Below are positions 19,325 through 28,699 of a stretch of 64,000 nt of DNA, piece by piece; the first letter of the stretch is position 1, and each line of letters starts with the position of its first letter. The DNA comes from Fusobacteriaceae bacterium (GTDB taxonomy: Bacteria > Fusobacteriota > Fusobacteriia > Fusobacteriales > Fusobacteriaceae). The position numbers were made by a program, and so were the translations under genes. Under the pieces are notes generated by a model. It was not told the DNA's origin. It made no database searches and saw nothing but the letters and a program-made list of their open reading frames with translations. The stretch lies in NCBI GenBank assembly GCA_051652785.1, contig JBOFUX010000041.1, positions 8,471 to 72,470 of the forward strand, in the 5' to 3' direction.

Positions 19325-20953
19325 TTATCTACCTAATTTTTCTAAGATATTATTTTTTATATTATCTGCTTTAGAACCATAAACAGCTTGTACACCACTA
19401 TCTTTAACTATTAAACCTATTGATCCTGTTTTTTTCCAATCTTTTAATTCTCCAACTAAAGTTTTATTTTTTATAGTCACTCTAAGCCTTGTCATACAAG
19501 CGTCTACTTCTAATATATTATCTCGACCACCTAATAAAGCTATTATTTCATTAGCTATTTTCCCCTCTTTATTTATCAAAAAATTATCCTCTATATTTTC
19601 TTCATCCTCTATATAGTTTCCTTTTCTCCCAGGAGTTGGCAAATTATATTTTTTTATTATTATATTAAATAAAGTATAGTTTAAAAAGAAAAACACTATA
19701 CAAGCAATTACAAAATTTATTAAATCCTTTGTTAACCCAGCCTTTAGCATAAGAGGAACTCTTGATATAAGTTCTAAAAATCCAAAAGAATGAACTCTTA
19801 AAGATACAACATCTGCTATTGCAAAAGCTACTCCAGTTAAAATAGAATATGCCACATATAAAATAGGTGCTATAAACATAAACATAAACTCTATTGGTTC
19901 AGTAACTCCAGTTAAAAATACCGCTAGCATAGCTGAAAAAAATATTGTTTTATATTTTTCTTTTTTATCTTTATCTACATTATTTAACATAGCAAAACCT
20001 ATTCCTAATAAAGAAGCACTAGATAATATCACCTGTCCCACTTTAAATCTTGCTGGAACAACGGTAAGTAACAAATTTTTATAACCTTCTACATCTCCTG
20101 ATATTTTTAAATTATTTAAATCTGTTATCCACGCTAACCATATCGGATCTTGACCTGCTATAATTGCGCCAACTCCAGTTCCAGTTAATACTTTATATGT
20201 TCCCCCTAAATCTGTATAGTTCATAGGTATTGTTAACATATGATGAAGTCCAAAAGGCAGTAATAATCTTTCCAAAGTTCCATATATAAAAGGAGCAATA
20301 ACAGGTGCTGAATTTCTTGATGTTGCTATCCACTGCCCAAAATAATTTAACCCCCACTGAATAAACGGCCATAAAATAGAAAGTAAAATTGCTACAATAG
20401 TAGAAAGAACAATTACTACAAAAGGAACAAATCTTTTTCCATTGAAGAAATCTAATGATTTAGGTAATTTATTATAGTTATAGTACTTATTAAAAATTAC
20501 TGCTCCTAAAAATCCAGATAATATTCCTACAAATACTCCCATATTTAAAGCTGGTGCTCCTAAAACCATAGTAAAGTAATTTTTAACTAAAAGCTCTTGT
20601 CCTGTAAAAGATTTTACAATTGTAGTTCCCTCAGTTAGCATTCCTGCATCTATTGAGAAAATACTTCCTGATATTCTATTTATGAGAATAAATGTCATTA
20701 TTCCGGCGAAAGAACCTCCGGCTCTTTCTTTTGCCCAAGACCCTCCAATCGCTATTGCAAAAAGAATATTTAAGTTTACTATTATAGCCCAACCCATATC
20801 TTCCATTACTCTACCTACTAATCCAAGCTCTGTTCCCCCTATTAATTTTCCTATTGAAACCATGAGCCCTGCAGCTGGCATAACTGCTATTACTACAATT
20901 AAAGATTTTCCAAATTTCTGCCAAAAATCAAAAGAGATTAATTTTTTTTTCAT
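19325..20953 (-). CDS. PTS glucose/maltose-family EIICB component
   Basis: 542 aa with a polytopic EIIC region and a C-terminal EIIB carrying the cysteine motif DACMTRLRV. Confidence 0.85.
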   Translation of the reverse strand: MKKKLISFDFWQKFGKSLIVVIAVMPAAGLMVSIGKLIGGTELGLVGRVMEDMGWAIIVNLNILFAIAIGGSWAKERAGGSFAGIMTFILINRISGSIFSIDAGMLTEGTTIVKSFTGQELLVKNYFTMVLGAPALNMGVFVGILSGFLGAVIFNKYYNYNKLPKSLDFFNGKRFVPFVVIVLSTIVAILLSILWPFIQWGLNYFGQWIATSRNSAPVIAPFIYGTLERLLLPFGLHHMLTIPMNYTDLGGTYKVLTGTGVGAIIAGQDPIWLAWITDLNNLKISGDVEGYKNLLLTVVPARFKVGQVILSSASLLGIGFAMLNNVDKDKKEKYKTIFFSAMLAVFLTGVTEPIEFMFMFIAPILYVAYSILTGVAFAIADVVSLRVHSFGFLELISRVPLMLKAGLTKDLINFVIACIVFFFLNYTLFNIIIKKYNLPTPGRKGNYIEDEENIEDNFLINKEGKIANEIIALLGGRDNILEVDACMTRLRVTIKNKTLVGELKDWKKTGSIGLIVKDSGVQAVYGSKADNIKNNILEKLGR

Positions 20954-21106
20954 TTTTCACATCTCCCTTTAATTAAATATATTTAAATATGTTGTATAAT
21001 TATTACTACTTTTTATTATAGTTCTTTATTTTTTAATTTTCAAGTTTTTTCATTAAAAATCAACACTTTAAAGACAACAATAAAACAAAATTTTCTAAAA
21101 AAATAT

Positions 21107-21145
21107 AAAAAGAGCTCATGTGGATAGAGATCCAGAGCTCTTTTT
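21107..21145. terminator. Bidirectional intrinsic terminator after thiP
   Basis: AAAAAGAGCTC (21107-21117) pairs with GAGCTCTTTTT (21134-21144). Confidence 0.6.
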
Positions 21146-21168
21146 ATATTTTTTACTAATTATTTTTA

Positions 21169-22704
21169 TTAATCTTTTTCTAATATTTTTTGTGAAATAT
21201 AAAATATTATTATTAAAAAAATTAATGTTATTGTATTTAGTGCTGAACTTTCTAAAAATTTCTTTTCTGATATTAAAGAATAATTTACCAGGGGAATAGT
21301 AGGAAAAACTCTTGATATTTGCATTGTGTATCCTATCGTAAACTCTCCAAATAAAATTGCAAATATTTGCATAAATATCCATAAAAAAACTCTTTTTAAT
21401 AGTGGAAATTCAATATATATAAAATTTGTAAAATAATTTACTCCATCAAGTTGCGCAGCTTCTAAAACTTCACTATTAAAATTTTTAATATAGCTATACA
21501 TAAAAGAATAGGCAAGAGGAAGAGAAACTAGTACATAACCTTGAATTAAAATTATAGACAAAGGAATATTAAAAGAAATATTTAAATAAATTAATGTTAT
21601 TCCTAAAAAACCACTAGAAATTCCAAATGTAGAATATACAATAAAATTTGTAAATTTATTATATGTTTTTATCATAAAATATGAAAGAGCAGTTACTATT
21701 AAACTACCAATAAGAGATAGGAAAGTTGAATTTAATATCCCTTTAATAACTGGATATGTTTCATTAAATTTTGAAGAAAATATTATTTTATAATGTTCCA
21801 ATGAAAACTTTCCAATATAAAAATTATAAAAACTAAAAGTGAAACTAACTAATATAATTAAAATTAAAATTAAAAAATATAAAACTGAAATATATTTAAA
21901 AATATTAGTTGTTTTTTTTAGATATTGAGTACCATTTAGTTCATATTCAGAGATTTTTATACTTAAAGTATTAATAAAAATTAAAATTAAAGATTGAACT
22001 CCACCTAAAATCATAACTTTTGTAAAATCAAAACTTCCAATTAAAGTTGTTGCTATTTCTGCTTCTATAGTTGTATATTTAGCTCCACCTAAAGCGAAAA
22101 CTAGAACAAAAGATGTAAAAGAATAAAGAAAAACTAAAAAAGAGGCTCTATATATTTGTGGTAGTATCAAAGGTAATTTTATTTTAAAGAATATTGTATA
22201 CTCTTTCGTTCCTGCTATTTGTGCTTCTTCTTCTATTTCCTTGGGAATAGATTTTAAAGCCTCTGCAATATATTTTAATAAAATAGGTGAATTGTAAAAA
22301 CAGTTAGCTATTATAATACTAGTTAAGCTATAATTTATTCCACTTTTTTTCAGAAAAGGTATGCTGAAGATAATACTAAAGGACACTATTGCTGATATTG
22401 GTGGAAACATAAATGGTATAAAAAATAATTTATCCAATACTCTAGTTAAGATATTTTTATTATACGCCATATAATAAGACGGTATTATTGTTATTATCAA
22501 AGAAAAAATAACAGTTAGTATCCCTTGTTCAACAGAGTTTTTCAAAGTAAAAAAATCAAAATTTCCTGAAATAAAAAAATTTATAAACTCTTTACCTACA
22601 AAAAAATCCTTTGTAAATACATATAATGGTACTATCCAAATAATAAAATAAAACAAATTAAATAAATTATTTTTTTTTCTATTTTTATAAACTAAATTAA
22701 ACAT
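21169..22704 (-). CDS. thiP: Thiamine/iron(III)-type ABC permease, duplicated two-domain form (ThiP-like)
   Basis: 511 aa with two tandem permease halves. It follows the ThiB-like SBP under a TPP riboswitch. Confidence 0.75.
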   Translation of the reverse strand: MFNLVYKNRKKNNLFNLFYFIIWIVPLYVFTKDFFVGKEFINFFISGNFDFFTLKNSVEQGILTVIFSLIITIIPSYYMAYNKNILTRVLDKLFFIPFMFPPISAIVSFSIIFSIPFLKKSGINYSLTSIIIANCFYNSPILLKYIAEALKSIPKEIEEEAQIAGTKEYTIFFKIKLPLILPQIYRASFLVFLYSFTSFVLVFALGGAKYTTIEAEIATTLIGSFDFTKVMILGGVQSLILIFINTLSIKISEYELNGTQYLKKTTNIFKYISVLYFLILILIILVSFTFSFYNFYIGKFSLEHYKIIFSSKFNETYPVIKGILNSTFLSLIGSLIVTALSYFMIKTYNKFTNFIVYSTFGISSGFLGITLIYLNISFNIPLSIILIQGYVLVSLPLAYSFMYSYIKNFNSEVLEAAQLDGVNYFTNFIYIEFPLLKRVFLWIFMQIFAILFGEFTIGYTMQISRVFPTIPLVNYSLISEKKFLESSALNTITLIFLIIIFYISQKILEKD

Positions 22705-22738
22705 ATATCAAAACCTTTCTTTTTTTATTTTTTTATTA

Positions 22739-23701
22739 TTAATTCGTTCTTAAAATTTCTAGAAGTTCTTTTTTCCATCTTTCTAAGTTTTTTATGGCCT
22801 CTTTACTATCTAATTTTACTATTTTATTAGAGAGTGGAATATAGGCAAATTCATTTTCTAATTTAATTTCTGTTACTGGTAGCATGTAGTTTTTTTTCAT
22901 TATTTTTTCTTGTGCTTCTGGTGTCAAAAGGTAATCTATAAATTTTTTAGCTCCCTCTTTTATAATCTTTTTCTTAGTCAATCCAGCACCTTCAAGGCAT
23001 AAATAAGCTCCTTCAATAGGAATTATTGTGTCATATTTAGGGTTTTCTCCTTCATAAAAAAAAATATTACTTGTTGCAAAACCCATCATCATTGGTGCTT
23101 CTCCTGTTTGAAATTTTGCAAAAGAATCATCCCAATCAGAAGCTGTAGTTAATATTGCTGGAGTTAATTCCTTCCAAAATTCTTGCCATTTATCTCCATA
23201 AACTGCAATTGTCCAAAGCATTATTTCTTGTCCTGTAGATGATCGCGGATCTTGAATTAAAAGTTGTTTTTTTAATTTTTTTAATTCTTCAAATGATTTA
23301 GGTGGATTTTTTAATCGTGTTCTATCATAATTTATTCCTAATAAACTGTAATCAAAAGGAGTTATATATCCCTCTTCGTCCATTAGATATTCAGACTTTT
23401 CTATATTTTTCAAATTTGGTGATATATACTTTTCTAACAAACCTTCAGATTTAGCCAGTTCTCCACTAACTAAACTTAATGATAAAACTACATCTGATTG
23501 AGGATTATTTTTTTCTAGCTTCATTCTTGGGACTATACCTTTCATTCCAATAAATTTTATTTCATCTCCTGTTTTTTTTTTAAAATCTTCTTTAAATTCT
23601 TTTTCTAACCATTTCATTGATTCAGGAGCATAAATAACAATAGTTTCTGCAAAGATATTTAAAGAGATAAAAGCTACCATTAGTAATATTAATTTTTTCA
23701 T
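22739..23701 (-). CDS. thiB: Thiamine-binding periplasmic protein (ThiB/TbpA-like)
   Basis: 320 aa with a signal peptide and SBP family-1/Fe3+-type pattern. It is immediately downstream of the TPP riboswitch. Confidence 0.8.
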   Translation of the reverse strand: MKKLILLMVAFISLNIFAETIVIYAPESMKWLEKEFKEDFKKKTGDEIKFIGMKGIVPRMKLEKNNPQSDVVLSLSLVSGELAKSEGLLEKYISPNLKNIEKSEYLMDEEGYITPFDYSLLGINYDRTRLKNPPKSFEELKKLKKQLLIQDPRSSTGQEIMLWTIAVYGDKWQEFWKELTPAILTTASDWDDSFAKFQTGEAPMMMGFATSNIFFYEGENPKYDTIIPIEGAYLCLEGAGLTKKKIIKEGAKKFIDYLLTPEAQEKIMKKNYMLPVTEIKLENEFAYIPLSNKIVKLDSKEAIKNLERWKKELLEILRTN

Positions 23702-23732
23702 TCTTAACTCCTATAATTTTTATACAAATAAA

Positions 23733-23768
23733 ATAAAAAAAAGCTGTAATTTTCACAATTACAGCTTT
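23733..23768 (-). terminator. Riboswitch expression-platform terminator
   Basis: Stem AGCTGTAATT (23742-23751) pairs with AATTACAGCT (23758-23767), followed on the minus strand by a T-run. It lies between the TPP aptamer and the thiB RBS. Confidence 0.7.
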
Positions 23769-23770
23769 TT

Positions 23771-23860
23771 GAGTATATTCCGCTATATTCTTTCCCTTTC
23801 TAGAATTACCTAGCAGGTTAAAACGGTATAATCTCAGCACAAAGGCACCCGTGAATCTAT
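23771..23860 (-). ncRNA. TPP (THI-box) riboswitch
   Basis: Minus strand reads CACGGGTGCCTTTGTGCTGAGATTATACCGTTTTAACCTGCTAGGTAATTCTAGAAAGGGAAAG. This carries the conserved GGGUGC, CUGAGA, AACCUG and AGGGAA blocks. Confidence 0.85.
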
Positions 23861-23864
23861 ATAT

Positions 23865-23893
23865 ATAGTACCAAGTTATCTTTTTTATGTCAA
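23865..23893 (-). promoter_or_regulatory. Candidate promoter of the riboswitch-thiBP unit (TTGACA-17-TACTAT)
   Basis: Minus strand has TTGACA (23888-23893), a 17-nt spacer, then TACTAT (23865-23870), directly upstream of the aptamer. Confidence 0.5.
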
Positions 23894-23929
23894 GAAATAA
23901 AAATGCAATTATTTATTAGAAATTAAAAA

Positions 23930-24955
23930 TTATTTATTTTTCAATTCATATAACTTAGAAATAAATTCATCTACATCTTCTTTATTACTATCAAACGAAG
24001 TTACTAATCTTATTTCGTTTTTTTCAACATTCCAAATATAAAAATTACAAAACTCTTGTAAAGGTTTTATTATTTCTTTAGGTAATATTGCAAATACTGC
24101 GTTTCCTAGAACTTCATTTGTTATTTCTATTCCTATATTCTTTAGCTGTTTCTCTAAATATTTAGCAGTATCATTTGCTTTTTTAGCACATTCATACCAT
24201 AAATTATCCTTTAAATAAGGAATAAATTGTCCTGATATAAATCTCATTTTAGAAATTAATTGAAGATTTTGCTTTCTTATACTTTTAAAATCTTTTGCTA
24301 GTGATTTATTAAAAAATACTACTGCTTCTCCACACATAAGTCCATTCTTTGTTCCACCAAAGGACAGCACATCCACACCTAAATCTCCTGTCATTTCTTT
24401 AAAAGAATGCCCTAAAGACACTGCTGCATTAGCTAATCTTGCCCCATCCATATGTAAATACATATTATTTTCTTTTGCAAAATTTGATATTTCTCTTATC
24501 TCTTTTAATGAATATATTGTTCCTGATTCTGTTGTTTGACTAATTGATATTATATCTGCACTTGGTTTATGAAATGTATTTTTAAAATTTAACCATTTTT
24601 TAGCTAGTTCTAAATCTAATTTTCCATTTACACTTGGAACAGAGAGTAATTGCATCCCTGTTATTTTACTTGGAGCTCCTGTTTCATCTTGAAGTATATG
24701 AGCACTCTCAGGACAAATAACAGCAGAAGTTTTTCCCTTCATTGCCTCTAGGGATAAAACATTTGCTCCAGTTCCATTTATTACAAAATAAACTTCTATA
24801 TCATTACCAAAGTGCTTTTTAAATTCATCAACTGCTTCTCTAGTTATGTCATCATACCCATAAGCTGATACATGACCAGTGTTTAATTCTACTATTTTTT
24901 CTAAAATCTTGTGATGAACTCCACTATAATTGTCACTTGCGAAAGTTTTTTTCAT
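23930..24955 (-). CDS. ltaE: Low-specificity L-threonine aldolase
   Basis: 341 aa with a beta-eliminating-lyase fold pattern: FASDNYSG, HMDGARL, and the PLP lysine in FGGTKNG. Confidence 0.85.
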   Translation of the reverse strand: MKKTFASDNYSGVHHKILEKIVELNTGHVSAYGYDDITREAVDEFKKHFGNDIEVYFVINGTGANVLSLEAMKGKTSAVICPESAHILQDETGAPSKITGMQLLSVPSVNGKLDLELAKKWLNFKNTFHKPSADIISISQTTESGTIYSLKEIREISNFAKENNMYLHMDGARLANAAVSLGHSFKEMTGDLGVDVLSFGGTKNGLMCGEAVVFFNKSLAKDFKSIRKQNLQLISKMRFISGQFIPYLKDNLWYECAKKANDTAKYLEKQLKNIGIEITNEVLGNAVFAILPKEIIKPLQEFCNFYIWNVEKNEIRLVTSFDSNKEDVDEFISKLYELKNK

Positions 24956-25049
24956 AAAAATCCTCCTTAATTACTTTATAAATTATTATACCATAAAAAA
25001 ATGAAAATTATTTTTTCATTTTTAATTTTCATTTTTTTATAATATATTT

Positions 25050-25442
25050 TTAGTTTTGGTCTTTTTTTATTTCTGCTTCCATCATGTTATAATTATCGTA
25101 CCCTTCTTTCATCATTACTGTTCTATTTTTTGCTTGCATTTGAGCTATTTCTAAATTAATTTTCTCAACTGCTTTCCAATCAACATTATCATTTAACATT
25201 AGTTTTCTTATTGCTATTCTTTTTTCCTGTATTATTATTCTATTTTGTTGCTCTTCCCTTGTTAGAGTTCTTCTTCCAAACCTTGTATTTCCCATCATAC
25301 CAGTTCCATTCTGATGCTCGTATCCCGAATTATTATGATGCCCATATTCTGAATTTTTATATCCTCTTCCATGAGTTCCAAAACTATTGGCAAAAGTCAA
25401 TGTCCCCAAAGCTAATACACCTATTAATAACATTTTTTTCAT
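25050..25442 (-). CDS. Periplasmic Spy/CpxP/ZraP-family protein (LTxxQ motif) with His/Gly/Met-rich N-region
   Basis: 130 aa with a signal peptide, a GHHNNSGYEHQNGTGMMGN tract, LTREEQ, and a helical C-terminal part. Confidence 0.5.
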   Translation of the reverse strand: MKKMLLIGVLALGTLTFANSFGTHGRGYKNSEYGHHNNSGYEHQNGTGMMGNTRFGRRTLTREEQQNRIIIQEKRIAIRKLMLNDNVDWKAVEKINLEIAQMQAKNRTVMMKEGYDNYNMMEAEIKKDQN

Positions 25443-25554
25443 TTTACTACCTCCTAAGTGATATTCTATCTCTATAAATAGAATACCACTTAACTATGTC
25501 ATAAATATGTCAAAATAATATTATTTAAAATATATTTAGCTTTTATTCTTTCAT

Positions 25555-25965
25555 TTAATTTTTTTTTACAACTAATTTGTTTCCTTCAATTTCAATAACT
25601 TCAACCATATCGTTTACTCTTATTTCTTCTTCAGATTTTATAGTCCAAGATTTTCCATCAAGATATACTCCATAATTTAGACTATCTTCAATTTTTTTCA
25701 CTTTTACTATTTTTCCTCTAATTCTATCAATATTTTCTTGCTTCTTATTCAATTTATTTACACTAAATTTTCTTAAAGCAATCATTGAACCAATTGAAAC
25801 TACTATAAATAAAATCATTTGCCAAATTATTGATGAATAAAAAATAGAATATAATAACGCTGAGAGGGCTCCTAAAGCGAACCAAATAGAGATTAAACCT
25901 GGTATTATTGCTTCAATGATGAGAAAAATAACTGTTAACGCTCCCCATAAAATTGTAGTATTCAT
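25555..25965 (-). CDS. NfeD-family membrane protein
   Basis: 136 aa with N-terminal TM helices and a C-terminal OB-like segment (GKIVKVKK…WTIKSEEEIRVNDMVEVIEIEGNKLVV). Confidence 0.7.
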   Translation of the reverse strand: MNTTILWGALTVIFLIIEAIIPGLISIWFALGALSALLYSIFYSSIIWQMILFIVVSIGSMIALRKFSVNKLNKKQENIDRIRGKIVKVKKIEDSLNYGVYLDGKSWTIKSEEEIRVNDMVEVIEIEGNKLVVKKN

Positions 25966-26057
25966 AAAAAAACCTCCTTAAATATTAAAAAATAAGTAGT
26001 TCCATAATTTTAATTAATTTTTTTGATAAACATAAATGCTAAAAAATCTAGACACTA

Positions 26058-26318
26058 CTATTTTTTTAAACTCTTAATAGGTATATTAACTACTAATGCA
26101 GTTTTTCTATCTGTTTCTGCTAAATTTGAAATCTCAATATTGAACTCTCCAGAATCAATTACAACATATTTTGAAATTATTTGAATTATTTCATCTCTCA
26201 TTTTAGTCATTATTTCTTCTGGAATAATTGCTCTATCATGAATTAAAACTAATTTTAATCTATCTTTTGCAATATTTTTTGATTTATCTTTTTTAAATAA
26301 TAAATTAAACATTCCCAT
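26058..26318 (-). CDS. minE: Cell division topological specificity factor MinE
   Basis: 86 aa containing AKDRLKLVLIHDR. Follows minD. Confidence 0.9.
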   Translation of the reverse strand: MGMFNLLFKKDKSKNIAKDRLKLVLIHDRAIIPEEIMTKMRDEIIQIISKYVVIDSGEFNIEISNLAETDRKTALVVNIPIKSLKK

Positions 26319-26326
26319 TTCATCAC

Positions 26327-27118
26327 CTATCTTTTAAATATATTTTTAAATTTTGATATAAAACCTTTTTTTGTATCTAAATCCAAAAACGGCACCTCTT
26401 CTCCAATCGCTCTCTTTGCTATATTTCTATATGCTTGAGCTGCTAAAGACTCACCTTTTAAAACTACAGGCTCTCCTTTATTAGTTGAGATAACTATATT
26501 TTCATCATCAGGAATAATTCCAATAATTTCCACTGCTAAAATATCAACAATATCTTCCACACTAAGCATATTTCCTTCTTTTACCATATTCATTCTTATT
26601 CTATTAATAATAAGCTTCGGATTTTTAATCTCACTAGCTTCTAAGAGTCCAATTATTCTATCTGCATCTCTCACGGCTGAAACTTCTGGTGTTGTTACTA
26701 CATAAGCTTCATCTGCTGCTATTATAGCATTTTTGAATCCTTGCTCTATTCCTGCAGGACAATCTAAAATAATATAATCAAAATCATCTTTTAGGGAGTC
26801 AATAAGTTCTTTCACTTGTTCTGGAGTAACATCATTTTTATCTTTTGACTGAGCAGCTGGTAAAAGATATAGTGATGGACATCTTTTATCTTTTATCATA
26901 GCAGATTTTGCTTTACAACGTCCTTCAATTACATCTACAAGGTCAAAAACTATTCTATTTTCTAAACCTATTACCACATCTAAATTTCTAAGTCCTATAT
27001 CCATGTCAACAAGTAAAACTTTTTTTTGTAACATTGCAAGACCTGCACCTAAATTTGCTGTTGTTGTTGTTTTTCCAACACCACCTTTACCAGATGTTAT
27101 TACCAATACCTTCCCCAT
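26327..27118 (-). CDS. minD: Septum site-determining ATPase MinD
   Basis: 263 aa with the deviant Walker A SGKGGVGKTT and a C-terminal amphipathic tail. Confidence 0.95.
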   Translation of the reverse strand: MGKVLVITSGKGGVGKTTTTANLGAGLAMLQKKVLLVDMDIGLRNLDVVIGLENRIVFDLVDVIEGRCKAKSAMIKDKRCPSLYLLPAAQSKDKNDVTPEQVKELIDSLKDDFDYIILDCPAGIEQGFKNAIIAADEAYVVTTPEVSAVRDADRIIGLLEASEIKNPKLIINRIRMNMVKEGNMLSVEDIVDILAVEIIGIIPDDENIVISTNKGEPVVLKGESLAAQAYRNIAKRAIGEEVPFLDLDTKKGFISKFKNIFKR

Positions 27119-27126
27119 AATTCCCC

Positions 27127-27801
27127 CTAAAAATTAAAATTTTTATCTATAAAGTCTATCGTTATTTGTTCATTCTTTATATAGGCTACTTCAAATCCCA
27201 TTGTTTTATCAATTTTTTTATTTGCTATAATCCCTTGCTCTGGATGTTTCGCTATAAAAGTAGCAATTCTAAGTTGAATTGGATTAAAAGCTTTTCCTAC
27301 TATTATAGCTTTTTCATCTCCATTTTTTCCAGCTTGAACAATACCGGATATTTTTCCAATTACAATAACATTTCCTTTTGCCTCCACAATCGCTCCAGGA
27401 TTTATGTCTCCAAATATAATAATATGACCTTCAAAACTAATAACTGCTCCAGATCTTAATGTTCCCCAATGAAATTTAGTTATTCCTTCTTCCGTGGAAA
27501 AATTTTCGATTTTTTTAATCTCTTCAATTTTTTCCTCTTGATTATAATATAAATAAATTATTTCAATAGATGTCACTTTTTTTAATGTTGCTATTAATTT
27601 ATTTTTCTCTTTTTCTAATAGTTTTCTTCCTTTAAACTCAACATCTATTTTTGAATTTTTTACCATATTTTCAATTTCTAATATTTTTTTTATAAATGCT
27701 TTTTGCAATAACTTAAATTCTATACTATCATCCAGTATAAATGTTAACATTTTATTTTTAAATTTTAAAGTTATTAGACTATCCATAGTAAACTCCTTCA
27801 A
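27127..27801 (-). CDS. minC: Septum site-determining protein MinC
   Basis: 224 aa with a C-terminal beta-helix repeat pattern (GHIIIFGDINPGAIVEAKGNVIVIGKISGIV). Lies upstream of minDE. Confidence 0.85.
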   Translation of the reverse strand: MKEFTMDSLITLKFKNKMLTFILDDSIEFKLLQKAFIKKILEIENMVKNSKIDVEFKGRKLLEKEKNKLIATLKKVTSIEIIYLYYNQEEKIEEIKKIENFSTEEGITKFHWGTLRSGAVISFEGHIIIFGDINPGAIVEAKGNVIVIGKISGIVQAGKNGDEKAIIVGKAFNPIQLRIATFIAKHPEQGIIANKKIDKTMGFEVAYIKNEQITIDFIDKNFNF

Positions 27802-27814
27802 TTATATTATAAAA

Positions 27815-28696
27815 CTATAGATCATTTTTATCATAAGCTTTCCCTGATGAGCTAGGTGCTACTGCTTTTCCCACTACTCCTGCTAGAGCTAGCAAAGTAA
27901 GGATATATGGTATCATTTGTATAAATTGTGGTGGTATAAATGTGAAATACTGTTGAATTAAAACTTGAGCTGCATCTGCAAATCCAAATAATAAACTAGC
28001 AAGAATTACACCTTTAGGCTTCCATTTTCCAAAAACAAGTGCTGCTAAAGCTATAAAACCTCTTCCTGCAGACATTTCTTTTGTAAATTGGCTCAATGCT
28101 CCTATGGAAAGATAACCTCCTCCCAATCCTGCCAACATTCCAGATAAAATAACTCCAATATATCTTATCTTATAAACATCTATTCCTACAGTATCTGCAG
28201 CTAAAGGATATTCTCCCACAGCTCTCATTCTTAATCCTGTAACAGTTTTATATAGAAATATCCCTGAAAGTATAACAACTATATAAACAATATAGACTAC
28301 AACCGACACTCCAAAAATTCTTGGAGCACTAGGAACTATTGGTGTATTACTTGATTGTTGAAATAATACTCTTAACATAAAAACTGTAAAACCAGAAGCA
28401 AAAAGATTTATTGCTACCCCAGATACCACTTGATTTCCTTTGTATTTTATACTTATAATCGCATGAATTAGAGCGATAAATCCTCCTCCAATTATTCCTC
28501 CTAAAAGTCCTAAAATCCAACTTCCAGTATAATATGATGTTATAGCAGTAAAAAAAGCTCCCATTAACATCATTCCTTCTAAACCTATATTTACAACTCC
28601 TGAAATTTCAGAAAACATTCCACCTATTGCAGTTATCATAATAGGTGTTGCTTGTCTTAAAGTTGCCATTAATAAACTTAATATAATAGTTACCAT
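27815..28696 (-). CDS. ABC permease, BMP/nucleoside-type (BPD_transp_2)
   Basis: 293 aa and polytopic. Second permease of the unit. Confidence 0.8.
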   Translation of the reverse strand: MVTIILSLLMATLRQATPIMITAIGGMFSEISGVVNIGLEGMMLMGAFFTAITSYYTGSWILGLLGGIIGGGFIALIHAIISIKYKGNQVVSGVAINLFASGFTVFMLRVLFQQSSNTPIVPSAPRIFGVSVVVYIVYIVVILSGIFLYKTVTGLRMRAVGEYPLAADTVGIDVYKIRYIGVILSGMLAGLGGGYLSIGALSQFTKEMSAGRGFIALAALVFGKWKPKGVILASLLFGFADAAQVLIQQYFTFIPPQFIQMIPYILTLLALAGVVGKAVAPSSSGKAYDKNDL

Positions 28697-28699
28697 TGA

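Noticed and set aside
21116-21382. 88-aa minus-strand ORF at the 3' end of thiP
   Set aside because: It is an alternative frame overlapping the thiP coding sequence and the terminator hairpin. It has no RBS and its composition is an AT-driven Lys/Asn/Ile bias.
23622-23840. 72-aa minus-strand ORF upstream of thiB
   Set aside because: It overlaps the thiB start and runs through the TPP riboswitch and its terminator. Its composition is low-complexity and it has no RBS, so it is a spurious ORF.
25001-25032. AT-only inverted repeat (ATGAAAATTA / TAATTTTCAT) between the Spy-like gene and ltaE as a regulatory element
   Set aside because: It is most simply a weak AT-rich terminator for the upstream gene. 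Nothing distinguishes it from the background AT-rich palindromes common in this genome.
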